A stretch of 64,000 bases of DNA from the human T2T-CHM13v2.0 reference genome, Homo sapiens, in the NCBI RefSeq assembly GCF_009914755.1, contig NC_060929.1. One strand, given 5' to 3'. The notes beneath the pieces were generated by a model. The model saw only the letters and a program-made list of their open reading frames with translations, made no database searches and was not told where the DNA came from. Shown piece by piece: positions 13,901 through 29,100 of this stretch. The position numbers were made by a program, and so were the translations under genes. Each line of letters opens with the position of its first letter. Within the stretch, counting starts at the first letter, position 1.

Positions 13901-16900
13901 AGCAGTTAGGAAACACTCTGTTTGTAAACTCTGCAAGTGGATATTCAGACCTCTTCGAGGTCTTCGTTGGAAACGGGATTTCTTCATACTGTGCTAGACA
14001 GAAGAATTCTCAGTAACTTCCTTGTGTTGTGTGTATTCAACTCACAGAGTTGAACGATCCTTTACACAGAGCAGACTTGGAACACTCTTTTTGTGGAATT
14101 TGCAAGTGGAGATTTCAGCCGCGTTGAGGTCAATGGTAGAAAAGGAAATATCTTCGTATAAAAACTAGACAGAATGATTCTCAGAAACTCCTTTGAGATG
14201 TGTGTGTTCAACTCACAGAGTTTAACCTTTCTTTTCATAGAGCAGTTAGGAATCACTCTGTTTGTAAAGTCTGCAAGTGGATATTCAGACCTCTTTGAGG
14301 CCTTCGTTGGAAACGGGTTTTTTTCATATAAGGCTAGACAGAAGAATTCCCAGTAACTTCCTTGTGTTGTGTGTGTTCAACTCACAGAGTTGAACTTTCA
14401 TTTACACAGAGCAGATTTGAAACACTCTTTTTGTGGAATTTGCAAATGGAGATTTCAAGCGCTTTGAGGCCAAAGGCAGAAAAGGAAATATCTTCGTATA
14501 AAAACTAGACAGAATCATTCTCAGAAACTGCTCTGCGATGTGTGCGTTCAACTCTCAGAGTTTAACTTTGCTTTTCATTCAGCAGTTTGGAAACACTCTG
14601 TTTGTAAAGTCTGCACGTGGATAATTTGACCACTTAGAGGCCTTCGTTGGAAACGGGTTTTTTTCATGTAAGGCTAGACAGAAGAATTCTCAGTAACTTC
14701 CTTGTGTTGTGTGTATTCAACTCACAGAGTTGAACGATCCTTTACACAGAGCAGACTTGTAACACTCTTTTTGTGGAATTTGCAAGTGGAGATTTCAGCC
14801 GCTTTGAAGTCAAATGTAGAAAAGGAAATATCTTCCTATAAAAACTAGACAGAATGATTCTCAGAAACTCCTTTGTGATGTGTGCGTTCAACTCACAGAG
14901 TTTAACCTTTCTTTTCATAGAGCAGTTAGGAAACACTCTGTTTGTAAAGTCTGCAAGTGGATATTCAGCCCTCTTTGAGGCCTTCGTTGGAAACGGGTTT
15001 TTTTCATATAAGGCTAGACAGAAGAATTCCCAGTAACTTCCTTGTGTTGTGTGTGTTCAACTCACAGAGTTGAACTTTCATTTACACAGAGCAGATTTGA
15101 AACACTCTTTTTGTGGAATTTGCAAGTGGAGATTTCAAGCGCTTTGAGGCCAAAGGCAGAAAAGGAAATATCTTCGTATAAAAACTAGACAGAATCATTC
15201 TCAGAAACTGCTCTGTGATGTGTGCGTTCAACTCTCAGAGTTTAACTTTTCTTTTCATTCAGCAGTTTGGAAACACTCTGTTTCTAAAGTCTGCACGTGG
15301 ATAATTTGACCACTTAGAGGCCTTCGTTGGAAACGGGTTTTTTTCATGTAAGGCTAGACAGAAGAGTTCTCAGTAACTTCCTTGTGTTGTGTGTATTCAA
15401 CTCACAGAGTTGAACGATCCTTTACAGAGAGCAGACTTGTAACACTCTTTTTGTGGAATTTGCAAGTGGAGATTTCAGCCGCTTTGCAGTCAAAGTAGAA
15501 AAGGAAATATCTTCCTATAAAAACTAGACAGAATGATTCTCAGAAACTCCTTTGTGATGTGTGCGTTCAACTCACAGAGTTTAACCTTTCTTTTCATAGA
15601 GCAGTTAGGAAACACTCTGTTTGTAAAGTCTGCAAGTGGATATTCAGACCTCTTTGAGGCCTTCGTTGGAAACGGGTTTTTTTCATATAAGGCTAGACAG
15701 AAGAATTCCCAGTAACTTCCTTGTGTTGTGTGTGTTCAACTCACAGAGTTGAACTTTCATTTACACAGAGCAGATTTGAAACACTCTTTTTGTGGAATTT
15801 GCAGGTGGAGATTTCAAGCGCTTTGAGGCCAAAGGCAGAAAAGGAAATATCTTCGTATAAAAACTAGACAGAATCATTCTCAGAAACTGCTCTGCGATGT
15901 GTGCGTTCAACTCTCAGAGTTTAACTTTGCTTTTCATTCAGCAGTTTGGAAACACTCTGTTTGTAAAGTCTGCACGTGGATAATTTGACCACTTAGAGGC
16001 CTTCGTTGGAAACGGGTTTTTTTCATGTAAGGCTAGACAGAAGAATTCTCAGTAACTTCCTTGTGTTGTGTGTATTCAACTCACAGAGTTGAACGATCCT
16101 TTACACAGAGCAGACTTGTAACACTCTTTTTGTGGAATTTGCAAGTGGAGATTTCAGCCGCTTTGAAGTCAAAGGTAGAAAAGGAAATATCTTCCTATAA
16201 AAACTAGACAGAATGATTCTCAGAAACTCCTTTGTGATGTGTGCGTTCAACTCACAGAGTTTAACCTTTCTTTTCATAGAGCAGTTAGGAAACACTCTGT
16301 TTGTAAACTCTGCAAGTGGATATTCAGACCTCTTTGAGGCCTTCGTTGGAAACGGGATTTCTTCATACTGTGCTAGACAGAAGAATTCTCAGTAACTTCC
16401 TTGTGTTGTGTGTATTCAACTCACAGAGTTGAACGATCCTTTACACAGAGCAGACTTGAAACACTCTTTTTGTGGAATTTGCAAGTGGAGATTTCAGCCG
16501 CGTTGAGGTCAATGGTAGAAAAGGAAATATCTTCGTATAAAAACTAGACAGAATGATTCTCAGAAACTCCTTTGAGATGTGTGTGTTCAACTCACAGAGT
16601 TTAACCTTTCTTTTCATAGAGCAGTTAGGAATCACTCTGTTTGTAAAGTCTGCAAGTGGATATTCAGACCTCTTTGAGGCCTTCGTTGGAAACGGGTTTT
16701 TTTCATATAAGGCTAGACAGAAGAATTCCCAGTAACTTCCTTGTGTTGTGTGTGTTCAACTCACAGAGTTGAACTTTCATTTACACAGAGCAGATTTGAA
16801 ACACTCTTTTTGTGGAATTTGCAAATGGAGATTTCAAGCGCTTTGAGGCCAAAGGCAGAAAAGGAAGTATCTTCGTATAAAAACTAGACAGAATCATTCT

Positions 16901-19900
16901 CAGAAACTGCTCTGCGATGTGTGCGTTCAACTCTCAGAGTTTAACTTTGCTTTTCATTCAGCAGTTTGGAAACACTCTGTTTGTAAAGTCTGCACGTGGA
17001 TAATTTGACCACTTAGAGGCCTTCGTTGGAAACGGGTTTTTTTCATGTAAGGCTAGACAGAAGAATTCTCAGTAACTTCCTTGTGTTGTGTGTATTCAAC
17101 TCACAGAGTTGAACGATCCTTTACACAGAGCAGACTTGTAACACTCTTTTTGTGGAATTTGCAAGTGGAGATTTCAGCCGCTTTGAAGTCAAAGTAGAAA
17201 AGGAAATTTCTTCCTATAAAAACTAGACAGAATGATTCTCAGAAACTCCTTTGTGATGTGTGCGTTCAACTCACAGAGTTTAACCTTTCTTTTCATAGAG
17301 CAGTTAGGAAACACTCTGTTTGTAAAGTCTGCAAGTGGATATTCAGACCTCTTTGAGGCCTTCGTTGGAAACGGGTTTTTTTCATATAAGGCTAGACAGA
17401 AGAATTCCCAGTAACTTCCTTGTGTTGTGTGTGTTCAACTCACAGAGTTGAACTTTCATTTACACAGAGCAGATTTGAAACACTCTTTTTGTGGAATTTG
17501 CAGGTGGAGATTTCAAGCGCTTTGAGGCCAAAGGCAGAAAAGGAAATATCTTCGTATAAAAACTAGACAGAATCATTCTCAGAAACTGCTCTGCGATGTG
17601 TGCGTTCAACTCTCAGAGTTTAACTTTTCTTTTCATTCAGCAGTTTGGAAACACTCTGTTTGTAAAGTCTGCACGTGGATATTTTGACCACTTAGAGGCC
17701 TTCGTTGGAGACGGGTTTTTTTCCTGTAAGGCTAGACAGAAGAATTCCCAGTAACTTCCTTGTGTTGTGTACATTCAACTCACAGAGTTGAACGTTCCCT
17801 TAGACAGAGCAGATTTGAAACACACTTTTTGTGCAATTGGCAAGTGGAGATTTCAAGCGCTTTAAGGTCAATGGCAGAAAAGCAAATATCTTCGTTTCAA
17901 AACTAGACAGAATCATTCCCACAAACTGCGTTGTGATGTGTTCGTTCATCTCACAGAGTTTAACCTTTCTTTTCATAGAGCAGTTAGGAAACACTCTGTT
18001 TGTAAATTCTGTAAGTGGATATTCTGACATCTTGTGGCCTTCGTTGGAAACGGGATTTCTTCATATTCTGCTAGACAGAAGAATTCTCAGAATCTTCCTT
18101 GTGTTGTGTGTATTCAACTCACACAGTTGAACGATGGTTTACACAGAGCAGATTTGAAACACTCTTTTTGTGGAATTTGCAAGTGGAGATTTCAGCCGCT
18201 TTGAGGTCAATGGTAGAAAAGGAAATATCTTCGTATAAAAACTAGACAGAATGATTCTCAGAAACTTCTTTGTGATGTGTGCGTTCAACTCACAGAGTTT
18301 AACCTTTCTTTTCATAGAGCAGTTAGGAAACACTCTGTTTGTAAACTCTGCAAGTGGATATTCAGACCTCTTTGAGGCCTTCGTTGGAAACGGGATTTCT
18401 TCATACTGTGCTAGACAGAAGAATTCTCAGTAACTTCCTTGTGTTGTGTGTATTCAACTCACAGAGTTGAACGATCCTTTACACAGAGCAGACTTGAAAC
18501 ACTCTTTTTGTGGAATTTGCAAGTGGAGATTTCAGCCGCGTTGAGGTCAATGGTAGAAAAGGAAATATCTTCCTATAAAAACTAGACAGAATGATTCTCA
18601 GAAACTCCTTTGAGATGTGTGTGTTCAACTCACAGAGTTTAACCTTTCTTTTCATAGAGCAGTTAGGAATCACTCTGTTTGTAAAGTCTGCAAGTGGATA
18701 TTCAGCCCTCTTTGAGGCCTTCGTTGGAAACGGGTTTTTTTCATATAAGGCTAGACAGAAGAATTCCCAGTAACTTCCTTGTGTTGTGTGTGTTCAACTC
18801 ACAGAGTTGAACTTTCATTTACACAGAGCAGATTTGAAACACTCTTTTTGTGGAATTTGCAATTGGAGATTTCAAGCGCTTTGAGGCCAAAGGCAGAAAA
18901 GGAAATATCTTCGTATAAAAACTAGACAGAATCATTCTCAGAAACTGCTCTGTGATGTGTGCGTTCAACTCTCAGAGTTTAACTTTTCTTTTCATTCAGC
19001 AGTTTGGAAACACTCTGTTTGTAAAGTCTGCACGTGGATAATTTGACCACTTAGAGGCCTTCGTTGGAAACGGGTTTTTTTCATGTAAGGCTAGACAGAA
19101 GAGTTCTCAGTAACTTCCTTGTGTTGTGTGTATTCAACTCACAGAGTTGAACGATCCTTTACACAGAGCAGACTTGTAACACTCTTTTTGTGGAATTTGC
19201 AAGTGGAGATTTCAGCCGCTTTGAAGTCAAAGGTAGAAAAGGAAATATCTTCCTATAAAAACTACACAGAATTATTCTCAGAAACTCCTTTGTGATGTGT
19301 GCGTTCAACTCACAGAGTTTAACCTTTCTTTTCATAGAGGAGTTAGGAAACACTCTGTTTGTAAAGTCTGCAAGTGGATATTCAGCCCTCTTTGAGGCCT
19401 TCGTTGGAAACGGGTTTTTTTCATATAAGGCTAGACAGAAGAATTCCCAGTAACTTCCTTGTGTTGTGTGTGTTCAACTCACAGAGTTGAACTTTCATTT
19501 ACACAGAGCAGATTTGAAACACTCTTTTTGTGGAATTTGCAATTGGAGATTTCAAGCGCTTTGAGGCCAAAGGCAGAAAAGGAAATATCTTCGTATAAAA
19601 ACTAGACAGAATCATTCTCAGAAACTGCTCTGTGATGTGTGCGATCAACTCTCAGAGTTTAACTTTTCTTTTCATTCAGCAGTTTGGAAACACTCTGTTT
19701 GTAAAGTCTGCACGTGGATAATTTGACCACTTAGAGGCCTTCATTGGAAACGGGTTTTTTTCATGTAAGGCTAGACAGAAGAGTTCTCAGTAACTTCCTT
19801 GTGTTGTGTGTATTCAACTCACACAGTTGAACGATCCTTTACAGAGAGCAGACTTGTAACACTCTTTTTGTGGAATTTGCAAGTGGAGATTTCAGCCGCT

Positions 19901-20119
19901 TTGAAGTCAAAGTAGAAAAGGAAATATCTGCCTATAAAAACTAGACAGAATGATTCTCAGAAACTCCTTTGTGATGTGTGCGTTCAACTCACAGAGTTTA
20001 ACCTTTCTTTTCATAGAGCAGTTAGGAAACACTCTGTTTGTAAAGTCTGCAAGTGGATATTCAGACCTCTTTGAGGCCTTCGTTGGAAACGGGTTTTTTT
20101 CATATAAGGCTAGACAGAA
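10947..20119 (+). repeat. Super-repeat copy 2 (27 dimers, 9,173 bp)
   Basis: Collinear with copy 1 up to about 16.2 kb, then a chimeric B/D dimer and an alternative block. ORF offset 11457->20630 = 9,173. Confidence 0.85.
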
Positions 20120-23100
20120 GAATTCCCAGTAACTTCCTTGTGTTGTGTGTGTTCAACTCACAGAGTTGAACTTTCATTTACACAGAGCAGATTTGAAACA
20201 CTCTTTTTGTGGAATTTGCAGGTGGAGATTTCAAGCGCTTTGAGGCCAAAGGCAGAAAAGGAAATATCTTCGTATAAAAACTAGACAGAATCATTCTCAG
20301 AAACTGCTCTGCGATGTGTGCGTTCAACTCTCAGAGTTTAACTTTTCTTTTCATTCAGCAGTTTGGAAACACTCTGTTTGTAAAGTCTTCACGTGGATAA
20401 TTTGACCACTTAGAGGCCTTCGTTGGAAACGGGTTTTTTTCATGTAAGGCTAGACAGAAGAATTCTCAGTAACTTCCTTGTGTTGTGTGTATTCAACTCA
20501 CAGAGTTGAACGATCCTTTACACAGAGCAGACTTGTAACACTCTTTTTGTGGAATTTGCAAGTGGAGATTTCAGCCGCTTTGAAGTCAAAGGTAGAAAAG
20601 GAAATATCTTCCTATAAAAACTAGACAGAATGATTCTCAGAAACTCCTTTGTGATGTGTGCGTTCAACTCACAGAGTTTAACCTTTCTTTTCATAGAGCA
20701 GTTAGGAAACACTCTGCTTGTAAAGTCTGCAAGTGGATATTCAGCCCTCTTTGAGGCCTTCGTTGGAAACGGGTTTTTTTCATATAAGGCTAGACAGAAG
20801 AATTCCCAGTAACTTCCTTGTGTTGTGTGTGTTCAACTCACAGAGTTGAACTTTGATTTACACAGAGCAGATTTGAAACACTCTTTTTGTGGAATTTGCA
20901 AGTGGAGATTTCAAGCGCTTTGAGGCCAAAGGCAGAAAAGGAAATATCTTCGTATAAAAACTAGACAGAATCATTCTCAGAAACTGCTCTGCGATGTGTG
21001 CGTTCAACTCTCAGAGTTTAACTTTTCTTTTCATTCAGCAGTTTGGAAACACTCTGTTTGTAAAGTCTGCACGTGGATATTTTGACCACTTAGAGGCCTT
21101 CGTTGGAAACGGGTTTTTTTCCTGTAAGGCTAGACAGAAGAATTCCCAGTAACTTCCTTGTGTTGTGTACATTCAACTCACAGAGTTGAACGTTCCCTTA
21201 GACAGAGCAGATTTGAAACACTCTTTTTGTGCAATTGGCAAGTGGAGATTTCAAGCACTTTGAGGTCAATGGCAGAAAAGGAAATATCTTCGTTTCAAAA
21301 CTAGACAGAATCATTCCCACAAACTGCGTTGTGATGTGTTCGTTCATCTCACAGAGTTTAACCTTTCTTTTCATAGAGCAGTTAGGAAACAGTCTGTTTG
21401 AAAATTCTGTAAGGGGATATTCTGACATCTTGTGGCCTTCGTTGGAAACGGGATTTCTTCATATTCTGCTAGACAAAAGAATTCTCAGAATCTTCCTTGT
21501 GTTGTGTGTATTCAACTCACAGAGTTGAACGATAGTTTACACAGAGCAGATTTGAAACACTCATTTGGTGGAATTTGCAAGTGGAGATTTCAGCCGCTTT
21601 GAGGTCAATGGTAGAAAAGGAAATATCTTCGTATAACAACTAGACAGAATGATTCTCAGAAACTTCTTTGTGATGTGTGTGTTCAACTCACAGTGTTTAA
21701 CCTTTCTTTTCATAGAGCAGTTAGGAAACACTGTGTTTTTAAACTCTGCAAGTGGATATTCAGACCTCTTTGAGGCCTTCGTTGGAAACGGGTTTCTTCA
21801 TACTGTGCTAGACAGAAGAATTCTCAGTAACTTCCTTGTGTTGTGTGTATTCAACTAACAGAGTTGAACGATCCTTTACACAGAGCAGACTTGAAACACT
21901 CTTTTTGTGGAATTTGCAAGTGGAGATTTCAGCCGCGTTGAGGTCAATGGTAGAAAAGGAAATATCTTCGTATAAAAACTAGACAGAATGATTCTCAGAA
22001 ACTCCTTTGTGATGTGTGTGTTCAACTCACAGAGTTTAACATTTCTTTTCATAGAGCAGTTAGGAAACACTCTGTTTGTAAAGTCTGCAAGTGGATATTC
22101 AGACCTCTTTGAGGCCTTCGTTGGAAACGGGTTTTTTTCATATAAGGCTAGACAGAAGAATTCCCAGTAACTTCCTTGTGTTGTGTGTGTTCAACTCACA
22201 GAGTTGAACTTTGATTTACACAGAGCAGATTTGAAACACTCTTTTTGTGGAATTTGCAAGTGGAGATTTCAAGCGCTTTGAGGCCAAAGGCAGAAAAGGA
22301 AATATCTTCGTATAAAAACTAGACAGAATCATTCTCAGAAACTGCTCTGCGATGTGTGCGTTCAACTCTCAGAGTTTAACTTTTCTTTTCATTCAGCAGT
22401 TTGGAAACACTCTGTTTGTAAAGTCTGCACGTGGATATTTTGACCACTTAGAGGCCTTCGTTGGAAACGGGTTTTTTTCCTGTAAGGCTAGACAGAAGAA
22501 TTCCCAGTAACTTCCTTGTGTTGTGTACATTCAACTCACAGAGTTGAACGTTCCCTTAGACAGAGCAGATTTGAAACACACTTTTTGTGCAATTGGCAAG
22601 TGGAGATTTCAAGCGCTTTAAGGTCAATGGCATAAAAGGAAATATCTTCGTTTCAAAACTAGACAGAATCATTCCCACAAACTGCGTTGTGATGTGCTCG
22701 TTCATCTCACAGAGTTTAACCTTTCTTTTCATAGAGCAGTTAGGAAACACTCTGTTTGTAAATTTTGTAAGTGGATATTCTGACATCTTGTGGCCTTCGC
22801 TGGAAACGGGATTTCTTCATATTCTGCTAGACAGAAGAATTCTCAGAATCTTCCTTGTGTTGTGTGTATTCAACTCACACAGTTGAACGATGGTTTACAC
22901 AGAGCAGATTTGAAACACTCTTTTTGTGGAATTTGCAAGTGGAGATTTCAGCCGCTTTGAGGTCAATGGTAGAAAAGGAAATATCTTCGTATAAAAACTA
23001 GACAGAATGATTCTCAGAAACTTCTTTGTGATGTGTGCGTTCAACTCAGAGAGTTTAACATTTCTTTTCATAGAGCAGTTAGGAAACACTCTGTTTGTAA

Positions 23101-26100
23101 ACTCTGCAAGTGGATATTCAGACCTCTTCGAGGTCTTCGTTGGAAACGGGATTTCTTCATACTGTGCTAGACAGAAGAATTCTCAGTAACTTCCTTGTGT
23201 TGTGTGTATTCAACTCACAGAGTTGAACGATCCTTTACACAGAGCAGACTTGGAACACTCTTTTTGTGGAATTTGCAAGTGGAGATTTCAGCCGCGTTGA
23301 GGTCAATGGTAGAAAAGGAAATATCTTCGTATAAAAACTAGACAGAATGATTCTCAGAAACTCCTTTGAGATGTGTGTGTTCAACTCACAGAGTTTAACC
23401 TTTCTTTTCATAGAGCAGTTAGGAATCACTCTGTTTGTAAAGTCTGCAAGTGGATATTCAGACCTCTTTGAGGCCTTCGTTGGAAACGGGTTTTTTTCAT
23501 ATAAGGCTAGACAGAAGAATTCCCAGTAACTTCCTTGTGTTGTGTGTGTTCAACTCACAGAGTTGAACTTTCATTTACACAGAGCAGATTTGAAACACTC
23601 TTTTTGTGGAATTTGCAAATGGAGATTTCAAGCGCTTTGAGGCCAAAGGCAGAAAAGGAAATATCTTCGTATAAAAACTAGACAGAATCATTCTCAGAAA
23701 CTGCTCTGCGATGTGTGCGTTCAACTCTCAGAGTTTAACTTTGCTTTTCATTCAGCAGTTTGGAAACACTCTGTTTGTAAAGTCTGCACGTGGATAATTT
23801 GACCACTTAGAGGCCTTCGTTGGAAACGGGTTTTTTTCATGTAAGGCTAGACAGAAGAATTCTCAGTAACTTCCTTGTGTTGTGTGTATTCAACTCACAG
23901 AGTTGAACGATCCTTTACACAGAGCAGACTTGTAACACTCTTTTTGTGGAATTTGCAAGTGGAGATTTCAGCCGCTTTGAAGTCAAATGTAGAAAAGGAA
24001 ATATCTTCCTATAAAAACTAGACAGAATGATTCTCAGAAACTCCTTTGTGATGTGTGCGTTCAACTCACAGAGTTTAACCTTTCTTTTCATAGAGCAGTT
24101 AGGAAACACTCTGTTTGTAAAGTCTGCAAGTGGATATTCAGCCCTCTTTGAGGCCTTCGTTGGAAACGGGTTTTTTTCATATAAGGCTAGACAGAAGAAT
24201 TCCCAGTAACTTCCTTGTGTTGTGTGTGTTCAACTCACAGAGTTGAACTTTCATTTACACAGAGCAGATTTGAAACACTCTTTTTGTGGAATTTGCAAGT
24301 GGAGATTTCAAGCGCTTTGAGGCCAAAGGCAGAAAAGGAAATATCTTCGTATAAAAACTAGACAGAATCATTCTCAGAAACTGCTCTGTGATGTGTGCGT
24401 TCAACTCTCAGAGTTTAACTTTTCTTTTCATTCAGCAGTTTGGAAACACTCTGTTTCTAAAGTCTGCACGTGGATAATTTGACCACTTAGAGGCCTTCGT
24501 TGGAAACGGGTTTTTTTCATGTAAGGCTAGACAGAAGAGTTCTCAGTAACTTCCTTGTGTTGTGTGTATTCAACTCACAGAGTTGAACGATCCTTTACAG
24601 AGAGCAGACTTGTAACACTCTTTTTGTGGAATTTGCAAGTGGAGATTTCAGCCGCTTTGCAGTCAAAGTAGAAAAGGAAATATCTTCCTATAAAAACTAG
24701 ACAGAATGATTCTCAGAAACTCCTTTGTGATGTGTGCGTTCAACTCACAGAGTTTAACCTTTCTTTTCATAGAGCAGTTAGGAAACACTCTGTTTGTAAA
24801 GTCTGCAAGTGGATATTCAGACCTCTTTGAGGCCTTCGTTGGAAACGGGTTTTTTTCATATAAGGCTAGACAGAAGAATTCCCAGTAACTTCCTTGTGTT
24901 GTGTGTGTTCAACTCACAGAGTTGAACTTTCATTTACACAGAGCAGATTTGAAACACTCTTTTTGTGGAATTTGCAGGTGGAGATTTCAAGCGCTTTGAG
25001 GCCAAAGGCAGAAAAGGAAATATCTTCGTATAAAAACTAGACAGAATCATTCTCAGAAACTGCTCTGCGATGTGTGCGTTCAACTCTCAGAGTTTAACTT
25101 TGCTTTTCATTCAGCAGTTTGGAAACACTCTGTTTGTAAAGTCTGCACGTGGATAATTTGACCACTTAGAGGCCTTCGTTGGAAACGGGTTTTTTTCATG
25201 TAAGGCTAGACAGAAGAATTCTCAGTAACTTCCTTGTGTTGTGTGTATTCAACTCACAGAGTTGAACGATCCTTTACACAGAGCAGACTTGTAACACTCT
25301 TTTTGTGGAATTTGCAAGTGGAGATTTCAGCCGCTTTGAAGTCAAAGGTAGAAAAGGAAATATCTTCCTATAAAAACTAGACAGAATGATTCTCAGAAAC
25401 TCCTTTGTGATGTGTGCGTTCAACTCACAGAGTTTAACCTTTCTTTTCATAGAGCAGTTAGGAAACACTCTGCTTGTAAAGTCTGCAAGTGGATATTCAG
25501 CCCTCTTTGAGGCCTTCGTTGGAAACGGGTTTTTTTCATATAAGGCTAGACAGAAGAATTCCCAGTAACTTCCTTGTGTTGTGTGTGTTCAACTCACAGA
25601 GTTGAACTTTCATTTACACAGAGCAGATTTGAAACACTCTTTTTGTGGAATTTGCAAGTGGAGATTTCAAGCGCTTTGAGGCCAAAGGCAGAAAAGGAAA
25701 TATCTTCGTATAAAAACTAGACAGAATCATTCTCAGAAACTGCTCTGCGATGTGTGCGTTCAACTCTCAGAGTTTAACTTTTCTTTTCATTCAGCAGTTT
25801 GGAAACACTCTGTTTGTAAAGTCTGCACGTGGATATTTTGACCACTTAGAGGCCTTCGTTGGAAACGGGTTTTTTTCCTGTAAGGCTAGACAGAAGAATT
25901 CCCAGTAACTTCCTTGTGTTGTGTACATTCAACTCACAGAGTTGAACGTTCCCTTAGACAGAGCAGATTTGAAACACTCTTTTTGTGCAATTGGCAAGTG
26001 GAGATTTCAAGCGCTTTAAGGTCAATGGCAGAAAAGGAAATATCTTCGTTTCAAAACTAGACAGAATCATTCCCACAAACTGCGCTGTGATGTGTTCGTT

Positions 26101-29100
26101 CATCTCACAGAGTTTAACCTTTCTTTTCATAGAGCAGTTAGGAAACACTCTGTTTGTAAATTCTGTAAGTGGATATTCTGACATCTTGTGGCCTTCGTTG
26201 GAAACGGGATTTCTTCATATTCTGCTAGACAGAAGAATTCTCAGAATCTTCCTTGTGTTGTGTGTATTCAACTCACACAGTTGAACGATGGTTTACACAG
26301 AGCAGATTTGAAACACTCTTTTTGTGGAATTTGCAAGTGGAGATTTCAGCCGCTTTGAGGTCAATGGTAGAAAAGGAAATATCTTCGTATAAAAACTAGA
26401 CAGAATGATTCTCAGAAACTTCTTTGTGATGTGTGCGTTCAACTCACAGAGTTTAACCTTTCTTTTCATAGAGCAGTTAGGAAACACTCTGTTTGTAAAC
26501 TCTGCAAGTGGATATTCAGACCTCTTTGAGGCCTTCGTTGGAAACGGGATTTCTTCATACTGTGCTAGACAGAAGAATTCTCAGTAACTTCCTTGTGTTG
26601 TGTGTATTCAACTCACAGAGTTGAACGATCCTTTACACAGAGCAGACTTGAAACACTCTTTTTGTGGAATTTGCAAGTGGAGATTTCAGCCGCGTTGAGG
26701 TCAATGGTAGAAAAGGAAATATCTTCGTATAAAAACTAGACAGAATGATTCTCAGAAACTCCTTTGAGATGTGTGTGTTCAACTCACAGAGTTTAACCTT
26801 TCTTTTCATAGAGCAGTTAGGAATCACTCTGTTTGTAAAGTCTGCAAGTGGATATTCAGACCTCTTTGAGGCCTTCGTTGGAAACGGGTTTTTTTCATAT
26901 AAGGCTAGACAGAAGAATTCCCAGTAACTTCCTTGTGTTGTGTGTGTTCAACTCACAGAGTTGAACTTTCATTTACACAGAGCAGATTTGAAACACTCTT
27001 TTTGTGGAATTTGCAAATGGAGATTTCAAGCGCTTTGAGGCCAAAGGCAGAAAAGGAAGTATCTTCGTATAAAAACTAGACAGAATCATTCTCAGAAACT
27101 GCTCTGCGATGTGTGCGTTCAACTCTCAGAGTTTAACTTTGCTTTTCATTCAGCAGTTTGGAAACACTCTGTTTGTAAAGTCTGCACGTGGATAATTTGA
27201 CCACTTAGAGGCCTTCGTTGGAAACGGGTTTTTTTCATGTAAGGCTAGACAGAAGAATTCTCAGTAACTTCCTTGTGTTGTGTGTATTCAACTCACAGAG
27301 TTGAACGATCCTTTACACAGAGCAGACTTGTAACACTCTTTTTGTGGAATTTGCAAGTGGAGATTTCAGCCGCTTTGAAGTCAAAGTAGAAAAGGAAATT
27401 TCTTCCTATAAAAACTAGACAGAATGATTCTCAGAAACTCCTTTGTGATGTGTGCGTTCAACTCACAGAGTTTAACCTTTCTTTTCATAGAGCAGTTAGG
27501 AAACACTCTGTTTGTAAAGTCTGCAAGTGGATATTCAGACCTCTTTGAGGCCTTCGTTGGAAACGGGTTTTTTTCATATAAGGCTAGACAGAAGAATTCC
27601 CAGTAACTTCCTTGTGTTGTGTGTGTTCAACTCACAGAGTTGAACTTTCATTTACACAGAGCAGATTTGAAACACTCTTTTTGTGGAATTTGCAGGTGGA
27701 GATTTCAAGCGCTTTGAGGCCAAAGGCAGAAAAGGAAATATCTTCGTATAAAAACTAGACAGAATCATTCTCAGAAACTGCTCTGCGATGTGTGCGTTCA
27801 ACTCTCAGAGTTTAACTTTTCTTTTCATTCAGCAGTTTGGAAACACTCTGTTTGTAAAGTCTGCACGTGGATATTTTGACCACTTAGAGGCCTTCGTTGG
27901 AGACGGGTTTTTTTCCTGTAAGGCTAGACAGAAGAATTCCCAGTAACTTCCTTGTGTTGTGTACATTCAACTCACAGAGTTGAACGTTCCCTTAGACAGA
28001 GCAGATTTGAAACACACTTTTTGTGCAATTGGCAAGTGGAGATTTCAAGCGCTTTAAGGTCAATGGCAGAAAAGCAAATATCTTCGTTTCAAAACTAGAC
28101 AGAATCATTCCCACAAACTGCGTTGTGATGTGTTCGTTCATCTCACAGAGTTTAACCTTTCTTTTCATAGAGCAGTTAGGAAACACTCTGTTTGTAAATT
28201 CTGTAAGTGGATATTCTGACATCTTGTGGCCTTCGTTGGAAACGGGATTTCTTCATATTCTGCTAGACAGAAGAATTCTCAGAATCTTCCTTGTGTTGTG
28301 TGTATTCAACTCACACAGTTGAACGATGGTTTACACAGAGCAGATTTGAAACACTCTTTTTGTGGAATTTGCAAGTGGAGATTTCAGCCGCTTTGAGGTC
28401 AATGGTAGAAAAGGAAATATCTTCGTATAAAAACTAGACAGAATGATTCTCAGAAACTTCTTTGTGATGTGTGCGTTCAACTCACAGAGTTTAACCTTTC
28501 TTTTCATAGAGCAGTTAGGAAACACTCTGTTTGTAAACTCTGCAAGTGGATATTCAGACCTCTTTGAGGCCTTCGTTGGAAACGGGATTTCTTCATACTG
28601 TGCTAGACAGAAGAATTCTCAGTAACTTCCTTGTGTTGTGTGTATTCAACTCACAGAGTTGAACGATCCTTTACACAGAGCAGACTTGAAACACTCTTTT
28701 TGTGGAATTTGCAAGTGGAGATTTCAGCCGCGTTGAGGTCAATGGTAGAAAAGGAAATATCTTCGTATAAAAACTAGACAGAATGATTCTCAGAAACTCC
28801 TTTGAGATGTGTGTGTTCAACTCACAGAGTTTAACCTTTCTTTTCATAGAGCAGTTAGGAATCACTCTGTTTGTAAAGTCTGCAAGTGGATATTCAGACC
28901 TCTTTGAGGCCTTCGTTGGAAACGGGTTTTTTTCATATAAGGCTAGACAGAAGAATTCCCAGTAACTTCCTTGTGTTGTGTGTGTTCAACTCACAGAGTT
29001 GAACTTTCATTTACACAGAGCAGATTTGAAACACTCTTTTTGTGGAATTTGCAATTGGAGATTTCAAGCGCTTTGAGGCCAAAGGCAGAAAAGGAAATAT

